A stretch of 64,000 nt of DNA from Thermoanaerobaculia bacterium (GTDB lineage: Bacteria > Acidobacteriota > Thermoanaerobaculia > Gp7-AA8). The translations under genes were made by a program, and so were the position numbers. Below are positions 26,908-36,180 of this stretch, piece after piece (positions within the stretch are counted from its first letter, which is position 1; each line of letters opens with the position of its first letter). The stretch is taken from assembly GCA_035276475.1 (NCBI GenBank), contig DATELQ010000052.1:67-64066 (forward strand), read 5' to 3'. The notes under the pieces were generated by a model. It was not told where the DNA came from, did no database searches, and worked only from the letters and a program-made list of their open reading frames with translations.

Positions 26908-27728
26908 TGCACCCCAGCAGTCCGCAGCAGAAGGAGATGTCGGACGAGTCGATGGTGCGCAATCTCGCGGCGCAGGCGGAGGCGATCTGGCCGCAGGAGG
27001 AGCCGATCTTCGCGCGGCATCCGCTCCGCGACAGCGCGGTGCTCGACCTCGGCTGCGGGACGGGCGAGATCACGGCGCGGCTGGCCGAGGCGTACCCGCA
27101 CGCGACGTTCACAGGCGTCGACCTCGAGGAGCCGCACCTCATGCGCGCCCGCGAGCGCTGCGCCGCCTTCGGCGACCGCGTGCGCTTCGAGGCCGGCGAC
27201 GCGATGGCGCTGGCATTCGCGGATGCAACGTTCGACTACGTCGTCTGCCGTCACGTGATCCAGGCCGTGCCCAATCCGGCGCGAGTGCTCGCGGAGATTC
27301 ACCGCGTGCTCCGCCCCGGCGGCCGCGTGCATCTCATCGCCGAGGATTACGGGATGCTGTGGTGCCACCCGACGGCGCTCGACGCCGACGATTTCTGGCA
27401 GCGCATCCCCTGGCGGTTCGAGGCGGCGGTCGGCTGCGACCTCCACGTCGGCCGCCACACGTTCACGCTGCTCCACGACCTCGGCATGGAGGACATCCGC
27501 GCCGACTACATCGTGGTCGACACGCTGCGCGTGCCCCGCGACACGTTCGCCCGCATCTGGGAAGCCTGGCGCGACGGCTATACCGACTCGATGGTCGAGC
27601 GCTGCGCCGTTTCGCGCGAAGAGGTCGAGCAACGCTGGCGGGAGATGATCGATTGCGTGCGCGACCCGCGCGGATACGCGCTGTGGCAGGTGCCGGTGTG
27701 GACGGGGCGGAAGGGGGCGGCGCGTTAA
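26907..27728 (+). CDS. Class I SAM-dependent methyltransferase
   Basis: VLDLGCGTG, FDYVVC, RVLRPGG; TGATG coupling with the SDR gene. Confidence 0.9.
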   Translation: MHPSSPQQKEMSDESMVRNLAAQAEAIWPQEEPIFARHPLRDSAVLDLGCGTGEITARLAEAYPHATFTGVDLEEPHLMRARERCAAFGDRVRFEAGDAMALAFADATFDYVVCRHVIQAVPNPARVLAEIHRVLRPGGRVHLIAEDYGMLWCHPTALDADDFWQRIPWRFEAAVGCDLHVGRHTFTLLHDLGMEDIRADYIVVDTLRVPRDTFARIWEAWRDGYTDSMVERCAVSREEVEQRWREMIDCVRDPRGYALWQVPVWTGRKGAAR

Positions 27729-27732
27729 GACA

Positions 27733-27975
27733 TCACCGGATCTTCATCAAACGTCCCGACGAGAAGGGATCGAACAACTCCCCCGGCTCGATCTCCAGCG
27801 CCTTCGCGATCCGGATGATGTTCACCAGCGCTACGTTACGCTCAGCGCGCTCGATCTGACCGATGTAGTTGCGATCCAGGCCCGCCAGCTCGGCGAGGCG
27901 CTCCTGAGAGAGACCGTGCTCCGTCCGTACCTCACGAAGGCGATCGCCGAAGAGACGGAGGATCTCGTCGCGCAT
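27733..27975 (-). CDS. XRE-family HTH regulator, R-M controller (C-protein)-like
   Basis: FGDRLREVR...LSQERLAELAGLDRNYIGQIERAERNVALVNIIRIAKAL. Confidence 0.88.
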   Translation of the reverse strand: MRDEILRLFGDRLREVRTEHGLSQERLAELAGLDRNYIGQIERAERNVALVNIIRIAKALEIEPGELFDPFSSGRLMKIR

Positions 27976-27989
27976 TCGTAATGCATTTG

Positions 27990-28026
27990 GACTTGCGCGT
28001 GAGAAAGTCTCCACCTACTATGAGTA
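27990..28026. promoter_or_regulatory. Candidate XRE operators
   Basis: GACTT-N10-AAGTC (27990-28009) and TACT-ATG-AGTA (28016-28026), C-box-like dyads in the divergent intergenic region. Confidence 0.4.
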
Positions 28027-28061
28027 TCAACGCCGCCTGGAAGCCACGCAAAGGAGTCTGC

Positions 28062-28517
28062 ATGTCCGTCAGCCCAGCCAACATTCGCCGTCTCTTCCTC
28101 GAGCAACAGCCGTCGTACTCGGCGTCCGAAGCCGCTGACCTCTTCGGCATGACCGAACGCGAGCTTCACGCGTGGATCGAGGCAGGGGAATTGGAGGGGG
28201 AGCGGGCAAACGACGGAATGAGGCTCCCGTGGGCGGAGCTCGTCTCCTTCGCGATGGGTTTTTGGGACCAGGAGGAGATCGAAGCGGCCCTCGGGGATGA
28301 TCTTGCGACCACCATTCCCGAACTGTTGCGCCTCGCCGAGCTTCATGTGCGCATTCCGCGCATCGAGGTCGTCGCGCTCGAGCACGTGGCGGCGCGCGAG
28401 GGGAAAACGGTCAGCGGCGTGCTCGGGCGGGAGCTGCTCGACTTCGTTTCCGTACACTCGGAGTGGCTTTCGCGCGACGTCCATGGCTTCGCCGACGCCC
28501 TCGCATGGCCAAGCTGA
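28062..28517 (+). CDS. DNA-binding protein with N-terminal excisionase/MerR-like HTH and C-terminal RHH-like segment
   Basis: YSASEAADLFGMTERELHAWIEAGEL; LHVRIPRIEVVALEHVAAREGKTVSGVLGREL; SD AAGGAG. Confidence 0.7.
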   Translation: MSVSPANIRRLFLEQQPSYSASEAADLFGMTERELHAWIEAGELEGERANDGMRLPWAELVSFAMGFWDQEEIEAALGDDLATTIPELLRLAELHVRIPRIEVVALEHVAAREGKTVSGVLGRELLDFVSVHSEWLSRDVHGFADALAWPS

Positions 28518-28527
28518 GGCTAGCGAT

Positions 28528-28737
28528 CGGATGAATCCCATCCCGGAACACTTAAAAGTGCTCCGGCGGCACATAAATCTTATCCCGGGTCAGATTTATG
28601 TGATCGCCGAGCATTTAAATGTGCTCCCGGAACACAAAAAAGTGATCCGCCGGCACATAAATCCGAGAGCGGATCACATTTATGTGCCGCGGGATCACTT
28701 AAATGTGATCCATGGACACTTAAAAGTGATCCCACCA
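28528..28737. repeat. Exactly 21-bp-periodic palindromic tandem array (9 clear units plus 1 degenerate)
   Basis: CAC-W6-GTG-N9 consensus units at 28549, 28570, 28591, 28612, 28633, 28654, 28675, 28696 and 28717; some units mismatch the CAC or GTG. Confidence 0.9.
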
Positions 28738-28747
28738 TCACATACGG

Positions 28748-29188
28748 CTACTTCTGCCGCAGCGCCGCCCACCCCGCGATCGGCGTCGCCACCAGCCACG
28801 TCGCCAGCAGGAGCAGCCACGGCGTGCTGAGCTGGATCGTTGCCACTGCGTGCCGCACCCCCGCCGCAACGTCGGCGCCGAGGAGGGAAATCGCCAGTGC
28901 CAAGGCCACGGCCAGCGTCGCGGCCTGCCCGATCAGCAGCGACCGGCGCACGCGCGCCTCTGCCTCCTCGTGCCTCCGCACCTGCAGGCGCCACCACATC
29001 GCCGCGGCGCTCGGTACCGCCGCCTCGGCGATCGCATCGAGGCGCTCGTCGAGCAGTGCGCCCGCTACGAGACGCAACTCGCTGCAGTCGGCGCACGATT
29101 CCACGTGCGTCTCCAGCTCCGGCCCGACGAAGCGGCGGCCGAGCGCGTCGAGGAGCTCGTCGGCGCGAGGGCAGGAAATCGCGGTCAT
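28748..29188 (-). CDS. Zinc-binding (HxxxCxxC) transmembrane anti-sigma factor
   Basis: HVESCADC, two TM segments, coupled to the ECF sigma gene. Confidence 0.82.
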   Translation of the reverse strand: MTAISCPRADELLDALGRRFVGPELETHVESCADCSELRLVAGALLDERLDAIAEAAVPSAAAMWWRLQVRRHEEAEARVRRSLLIGQAATLAVALALAISLLGADVAAGVRHAVATIQLSTPWLLLLATWLVATPIAGWAALRQK

Positions 29189-29754
29189 GCCGTCCTCCCC
29201 GTCAGAATCGCGGCGAGCTTCTTTCTCGCCCGGAACAGCAGCGTACGAATGCTGATCGAGCGCAACCCGAGAATCCCGGCGATCTCGTCGTGGGAAACGC
29301 CCTGCGCGTATGCGAGCCAGAGCAACTCGCGCTGCATCGGCTCGAGCTGCTGAATCGCGCGCTTCACGTCCGTCCGCATCGCCACCTGATGCTCGGGATT
29401 CGGCGCCGGCGACGCCTCGTCCGCGAGCGGCACCTCACCGTAGCGCTTGCCGCGGCGCGCCGCGTCGCGCAGCACATTCGTAGCGATCTGGAACAGCGAA
29501 TTGCGCCGGTGCGACTCGCTCTCGTACTGCTTCCCGGCGCGGTAGAAGCGGTAGTACGCCTCCTGGAGAAAATCGTCGGCTTTCTGCGGATCGCCGGACG
29601 TCCGCGACAGGTACGCCCACAGCGACCGCGCCGTGCGCTCGTAGAACGCGCGGAACTCCTCCTCGTCCATCACCGAGAGCGCACGGTCGGCGTCGCGGCT
29701 CTCGGGGATGGACATGTCGCGGATCATCAGCGGAAAACTCATCTCGTCGATCAT
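29185..29754 (-). CDS. ECF RNA polymerase sigma factor
   Basis: ADDFLQEAY, LFQIATNVLRD, GVSHDEIAGILG...LFRARKKL. Confidence 0.92.
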   Translation of the reverse strand: MIDEMSFPLMIRDMSIPESRDADRALSVMDEEEFRAFYERTARSLWAYLSRTSGDPQKADDFLQEAYYRFYRAGKQYESESHRRNSLFQIATNVLRDAARRGKRYGEVPLADEASPAPNPEHQVAMRTDVKRAIQQLEPMQRELLWLAYAQGVSHDEIAGILGLRSISIRTLLFRARKKLAAILTGRTA

Positions 29755-30599
29755 CGCACCAGTTCCGCCTCGTCAGGGAGAGGTTTTGCGCCGAGGCGGC
29801 GGGACAGCGCCGCCGACACGATCGCGGAGAGGATGAAGCCGCCGCCGATGCACGCCGCGATCGTCCCCATGGCGAAGAACCCCTGCGCCGTCTCGCGGTC
29901 GAAGCGTCCGCTGACGAGGAGCATGCCGAGGCCGCCGGCGGCGACGATCAGCCCAATCTGGATCGACCACAGCACCCGCGTCATCGGCGCGCTCGCGCCG
30001 GCCGATTCGACGTGAAGCGGGATCGGCGCGGACTCGAGGAACTTCGACCCCGCGGGCGTCTTGACGTACGCGAGGAGCTCCTCGGTCGAGCCGAAGCGGT
30101 CGAGGATCTTGTTGTGCACCTCCGCCTGCGTCCGCGACAGCCGCGACCACCGCCGCTGCTCGATCAGCGTGCGGACGAGCCACGTCAGAATGAAGGCAAT
30201 GAGGGTGATGACGAAGCCGACGCCGATCGCCTCGACGGCCTCCTGCCATGCACTGCGCTGCCGCCCGTACAGCGGGTTCGGGAGCTCCTGCACGAAGTAA
30301 TGCGGGTTGCGGCGGATCTCGGGATGCGCGGCGACGTACTGCGCGAGCTCGGGGTAGCGGGCCAGAAACGGATCGTTCGACAACAGTGTCGGATCGATGG
30401 TCACGAGTGGCGCGACCTCGGACGGATGCTGGCTGAGCAGCCGGGTGAACTGTTCCCGAACCTGCTGCCGCGTTTGCGCCTCTTCAATCGGCGGCACGGG
30501 CGCAGGGGCAGCCGTCGTGGTGGCCGGTTGCGCCGAAACTCCGCCGGCGAGCGCGGCCATCAGCGTCAGGATCAGGATCATTCGGGTCGAGAGGGTCAT
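29751..30599 (-). CDS. Membrane protein with signal peptide, first gene of the ECF operon
   Basis: Signal peptide plus three hydrophobic segments; SD GAAGGAG; ATGA overlap with the sigma gene. Confidence 0.8.
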   Translation of the reverse strand: MTLSTRMILILTLMAALAGGVSAQPATTTAAPAPVPPIEEAQTRQQVREQFTRLLSQHPSEVAPLVTIDPTLLSNDPFLARYPELAQYVAAHPEIRRNPHYFVQELPNPLYGRQRSAWQEAVEAIGVGFVITLIAFILTWLVRTLIEQRRWSRLSRTQAEVHNKILDRFGSTEELLAYVKTPAGSKFLESAPIPLHVESAGASAPMTRVLWSIQIGLIVAAGGLGMLLVSGRFDRETAQGFFAMGTIAACIGGGFILSAIVSAALSRRLGAKPLPDEAELVR

Positions 30600-30625
30600 G
30601 GCTGGTTCGATCTCCTTCGCCCCCT

Positions 30626-30654
30626 AATACGAGCGGGAAAGGCTGAGGTGGACA
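30626..30654 (-). promoter_or_regulatory. Candidate ECF promoter (autoregulatory)
   Basis: TGTCCAC-N16-CGTATT upstream of the ECF operon. Confidence 0.35.
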
Positions 30655-30680
30655 GCGATTTGTGAGACCATCCGCGCCCA

Positions 30681-32120
30681 ATGCCTTTTTCGATCTTCGG
30701 ACTTCACCCTGATCTTCTTCGCGGCGTCAAAGAGCTGGGCTTCACGCGGCCGACGCCGATTCAGAGCGACGCCATCCCGCCGGCCATGGCCGGGCGCGAC
30801 GTTTTGGCGGCGGCGCAGACCGGCAGCGGCAAGACCGCGGCCTTTCTCCTGCCGATCCTCCAGCGTCTCCTCGGCAAGAAGCGCGGCACGACGCGGGCGC
30901 TGATCCTCACGCCGACGCGCGAGCTCGCCGCGCAGATCGACGAGCACCTCCGCGACCTCTCCGTGCACACGCCCATCTCCGGCGCCGCGGTCTACGGCGG
31001 CGTGGCCATGGGGCCGCAGGAGCACGCCTTCCGCAGCGGCGTCGACGTCCTCGTGGCCACGCCCGGCCGGCTGCTTGACCATTTCCAGCATCCGTACGCG
31101 CGGCTCGACGGCCTCGAAGTCCTCGTCCTCGACGAAGCGGACCGCATGCTCGACATGGGCTTCCTCCCCGACATCCGCCGCGTGCTGCGGCACCTGCCGG
31201 CGAAGCGGCAGACGCTCTTTTTCTCCGCCACGATGCCGGCGCCGATCGTCGAGCTCTCGCGCGAGATGCTGCGCAACCCGGCCATGATCTCGATCGAGCG
31301 GAAAGCGGCGCCGGCGGCCGGCATCGCCCAGTCGGTCTTTCCCGTCGCCCAGGAGCTGAAGTTGTTGTTGCTCGACACGCTGCTGCAGCGCGGCGAGATC
31401 CAGAACGCCATCGTCTTCACGCGCACGAAGCACCGCGCCAACCGCGTCTTCGAGCAACTGGAGCGGCGGCGCGTGAAGGTGGCGCGCATCCATGGCAACC
31501 GCAGCCAAATGCAGCGAACCGAGGCGCTGGCGGGATTCAAGTCGGGGAAGTACCGGATCCTCGTCGCCACCGACATCGCCGCGCGCGGGATCGACGTGGA
31601 GGCGCTCTCGCACGTCGTCAACTTCGACGTGCCGAACGTGCCGGACGACTACATCCACCGCGTCGGCCGCACGGCGCGCGCGGAGCTGACCGGCGACGCC
31701 ATCACGTTCGTGGCGCCGGACGAGGAAAACGACCTCCGCGCCATCGAGCGCGCCATTGGCAAGCGCCTTCCGCGCGTGACGGTGCCCGACTTCGACTACG
31801 CACAGAGACCGGCGGAGCGGCTGGAGATTCCGATCCAGGAGCGCATCGCGGCAATCCGCGCGAAGAAGGCGGAGGAGCGCGCCCGGGCGAAGGCGAAGGC
31901 GGAGCGGCGCGCGGCGGCAGAGAGCGCGACGGCGAACGCGCGCCATCGATCCCCGCGTGATGGCAGGATCACACGGCCCGGATCGGCACGACCGTCAACG
32001 TCAGCTTCTCCGTCCGCCGGATCACCGTCAGCGTCGCCGGCTTCCCGATTTCCTCCTCGGTCAGCAGGCGGTGGAGATCGTCGACCGTCGCAACCGCCCT
32101 CGCGCCGAAGGCGACGATGA
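30681..32120 (+). CDS. DEAD-box RNA helicase (RhlE-like)
   Basis: Q motif, AQTGSGKT, PTRELA, DEADRM, SAT, HRVGRTAR. Confidence 0.95.
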   Translation: MPFSIFGLHPDLLRGVKELGFTRPTPIQSDAIPPAMAGRDVLAAAQTGSGKTAAFLLPILQRLLGKKRGTTRALILTPTRELAAQIDEHLRDLSVHTPISGAAVYGGVAMGPQEHAFRSGVDVLVATPGRLLDHFQHPYARLDGLEVLVLDEADRMLDMGFLPDIRRVLRHLPAKRQTLFFSATMPAPIVELSREMLRNPAMISIERKAAPAAGIAQSVFPVAQELKLLLLDTLLQRGEIQNAIVFTRTKHRANRVFEQLERRRVKVARIHGNRSQMQRTEALAGFKSGKYRILVATDIAARGIDVEALSHVVNFDVPNVPDDYIHRVGRTARAELTGDAITFVAPDEENDLRAIERAIGKRLPRVTVPDFDYAQRPAERLEIPIQERIAAIRAKKAEERARAKAKAERRAAAESATANARHRSPRDGRITRPGSARPSTSASPSAGSPSASPASRFPPRSAGGGDRRPSQPPSRRRRR

Positions 32121-32892
32121 CGTCCGCTTCCTGCAGCCCCGCAGCCTCGGCGGGGCTCTGCGGCTCGACGCTCAGCACGAGCACGCCGCTCTCCGCAGCG
32201 AGGTCGTAGAAACGGACGACGCGGCGGTGCAGCGGCGCGGACTGGCCAGCCACGCCGATGTAGCTGCGCGTCACGCGGCCGTCGCGGATCAGGCGCGAGG
32301 CGACGAACTTCGCGGTGTTGATGGCGATGGCAAAGCAGATGCCCTGCGCCGGGCGGATGACCGCCGTGTTCACGCCGATCACCTCGCCGCGCGCGTTCAC
32401 GAGCGGCCCGCCGGAGTTGCCGGGATTGAGCGCCGCGTCGGTCTGGATGACGCTGTCGATGAGGCGCCCGCTCTGCGCGCGCATCGTGCGGCCGAGGGCA
32501 CTGACGACGCCGGCCGTGACCGTGGCTTGGAAGCCGAGCGGGTTGCCGACGGCGACGACGAGCTGCCCGGGCTTGATGCGATCGGAGTCGCCGAGCTGCG
32601 CCGGCGTCTGGTTCGGCGCGGAGACGCGCAGCACGGCGAGGTCGGTGTGTGGGTCGTTGCCGACCACGCTCGCCGCGCAACGCGTGCCGTCGTACAGCGT
32701 GACGTCGATCGAGGAGGCGCCGGTGACGACGTGGCTGTTCGTCAGAATGAAGCCGTCGGGCGTGAAGAGGAATCCGGAGCCGCCGCCGCGCGGCTTCCCC
32801 TCCGCCGAGACTTCGACGTTGACGACGGAGGGGGTGATCGTCTCCGCGGCGGTGGTGACGGCGGCGGAGTAGGCATCGAGAAGGTCGAGCAT
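31969..32892 (-). CDS. Trypsin-like serine protease with PDZ domain (HtrA family, no signal peptide)
   Basis: GSGF, TNSHVV, TDLAVL, NPGNSGGPL, C-terminal PDZ. Confidence 0.93.
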   Translation of the reverse strand: MLDLLDAYSAAVTTAAETITPSVVNVEVSAEGKPRGGGSGFLFTPDGFILTNSHVVTGASSIDVTLYDGTRCAASVVGNDPHTDLAVLRVSAPNQTPAQLGDSDRIKPGQLVVAVGNPLGFQATVTAGVVSALGRTMRAQSGRLIDSVIQTDAALNPGNSGGPLVNARGEVIGVNTAVIRPAQGICFAIAINTAKFVASRLIRDGRVTRSYIGVAGQSAPLHRRVVRFYDLAAESGVLVLSVEPQSPAEAAGLQEADVIVAFGARAVATVDDLHRLLTEEEIGKPATLTVIRRTEKLTLTVVPIRAV

Positions 32893-32926
32893 CCGCTAAG
32901 GAAAACAAACGTGCATTCCCGGCGGG

Positions 32927-33250
32927 TCACTTCACCCGATACCCCAGCCTCCCCAACTCCGCCACCACCCTCGCCGCGTGGTCCCCCTGAATCTCGATCT
33001 CCCCATCCCTCGCGCTCCCGCCCGCCCCGCACTTCTTCTTCAGCGCTGCGGCCAGCGACGCGAGCGTCTCGGGCGTGTGCTGGAAGCCGCTCGCCACCGT
33101 CACGGTCTTGCCGGCGCGGCGCTTGCGGTCGAGCGTCACGCGGATGTTCTGCTTCGACGGCTCGACGTCGTGCGGCGCGTCGAGCTTGCCCGAGTCGCGC
33201 AGGCGCTTCGCCTCCTCGGGATCCGACGTCCAGACCAGCTTCGACGTCAC
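32927..33250 (-). CDS. yciH: Translation initiation factor SUI1/YciH family
   Basis: RKRRAGKTVT, LKKKCGAGGS, IEIQGDH. Confidence 0.9.
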   Translation of the reverse strand: MTSKLVWTSDPEEAKRLRDSGKLDAPHDVEPSKQNIRVTLDRKRRAGKTVTVASGFQHTPETLASLAAALKKKCGAGGSARDGEIEIQGDHAARVVAELGRLGYRVK

Positions 33251-34018
33251 AGCGTCACCACCTCCAGATTCTCGATCTCCTGCTCGAGGAACTCCGCCGC
33301 GATCCGGCGGAAGCGATCCTCGGCATCGGTCACGAGAAACGTGTGCGGCGTGTCACCGTTCGACTGCGGCTCGACGAGCTTCTGCACCGCCTCCGCCGTC
33401 GTCTCCGCGCTGTCGACGATCTGCACGGCACCGCCGACCACCTGCTCGATCGTGGCGCGGAGGATCGGATAGTGCGTGCATCCGAGGACCAGCGTGTCGA
33501 TGCCGGCGTCGATCAGCGGCTCAAGGTAGATCTCCGCCACCTCGCGCGCCACGTGCGTGTTCGCCCATCCCTCCTCCGCCAGCGGCACGAAGAGCGGCGC
33601 CGGCGACTCCGTCACGTGCACCTCGGCATTGAGCGCGCGGATCGCCTTCGTGTACGCGCGCGACTTCACCGTCCCCTCCGTAGCGATCACGCCGACGTGG
33701 CCGCGCGTGTGCGCCACCGCCGCGCGCGCGCCCGGCTCGATCACGCCGATGACCGGGATCTCGAGCCGCTCCTTCAGCGTCGGCAGCGCCGCGGCTGTGG
33801 CGGTGTTGCAGGCGACGACGAGCATGCCGATGCCGCGGCCGAGCAGATGGTTCGCCGCTTCGAGCGAGTAGCGGACGACGGTCTGCGGCGACTTCGTCCC
33901 GTACGGCACGCGCGCGGAGTCGCCGAGGTAGATCAGCGGATGCGACGGCAGCGCGCGGGCGATCTCGCGGAAGACGGTTAACCCGCCAACGCCGGAATCG
34001 AACACGCCGATCGGAGCG

Positions 34019-35401
<1,383 letters not shown>

Positions 35402-35414
35402 TCAGTCCGCCTTG

Positions 35415-35430
35415 TGCATGAGTCCGGCCA
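35415..35430 (-). promoter_or_regulatory. Candidate sigma-54 promoter
   Basis: TGGCCG-GACTC-ATGCA, GG-N10-GC, ending 13 nt before the regulator ATG. Confidence 0.35.
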
Positions 35431-35456
35431 ATCGTATCCGAGGTATCCTCGGCCGC

Positions 35457-35993
35457 GTGCGCTTCGACGAGGTGCTGCGGACGTTCGCCGAGTTCTTCGA
35501 GAGGGAGGGAGTGCGGTGGGCGGTGGCTGGCGGGCTGGCGATGCACGCCTGGGGCTACTCACGAACGACGAATGACATCGATTTCGTCGTTGACGGAAAC
35601 CAGCAGCAACGCGTGATCATGTTCGCCGAGTCCCTCGGCTACGAGACACTATTCGTATCAGACGGGTACTCGAATCATCAGAACCCATTGAAACATCTCG
35701 GCAAGATCGACTTTCTCTATGTGTACGGCGACACGGCGGAACAGCTGTTTGCCGCATCGACGAAACGCGCCGCGGCGAACGAAGTGACCGCGCCCGTATT
35801 GCGACCAGAGCATCTTGCGATGATGAAAGCTCTGGCCATGAAGAACAGGCCGATGCGGACCTTGATCGATGCCGCTGACGTCGCATTCCTGCTGAGTCTT
35901 CCGGAAACTGATGAAGCGGCGGTGCGGGATTACTTCGCGAAACAGGGCCTGTTGGATTTGTTCCATGCGATCGAGCGACACCGACTCCCTTGA
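35457..35993 (+). CDS. Pol-beta-superfamily nucleotidyltransferase (putative TA component)
   Basis: AGGLAMHAWGYSRTTNDIDF motif; GTG start 7 nt after TATCCT (alternative ATG at 35418). Confidence 0.8.
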   Translation: MRFDEVLRTFAEFFEREGVRWAVAGGLAMHAWGYSRTTNDIDFVVDGNQQQRVIMFAESLGYETLFVSDGYSNHQNPLKHLGKIDFLYVYGDTAEQLFAASTKRAAANEVTAPVLRPEHLAMMKALAMKNRPMRTLIDAADVAFLLSLPETDEAAVRDYFAKQGLLDLFHAIERHRLP

Positions 35994-36168
35994 GCTGCCA
36001 GACTTCGAGCGCGACATGCCGCTTGACGACGCTGCCCTCGACGCGCTGGATCGCGCGCGCCAACTGCCGGCCATGACGTTTCAGGAGTATCTCGATTTCC
36101 TCAGCAGCATTTGGATCCCGGGAAGGAATGATCAGCTCCCTCCTTTCTCCGAACCGTTCACCCTGTAG
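35965..36168 (+). CDS. Small acidic hypothetical protein, NTase partner
   Basis: 67-aa ORF overlapping the NTase end and filling the gap before pepA. Confidence 0.55.
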   Translation: MRSSDTDSLELPDFERDMPLDDAALDALDRARQLPAMTFQEYLDFLSSIWIPGRNDQLPPFSEPFTL

Positions 36169-36180
36169 AATCCCGCGCGC

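Noticed and set aside
27733-28517. Prophage or restriction-modification locus
   Set aside because: No integrase, structural, nuclease or DNA-methylase gene is adjacent. The neighbouring methyltransferase looks like a small-molecule class I enzyme.
28590-28735. CRP/FNR sites in the 21-bp array
   Set aside because: TGTGA and TCACA-like half-sites are separated by 7 nt rather than the required 6.
28297-28830. 177-aa ORF with 7-aa repeats
   Set aside because: It overlaps two better genes and has no clear RBS. The dyad symmetry of the repeats is better explained at DNA level, though a short peptide from 28531 is not excluded.
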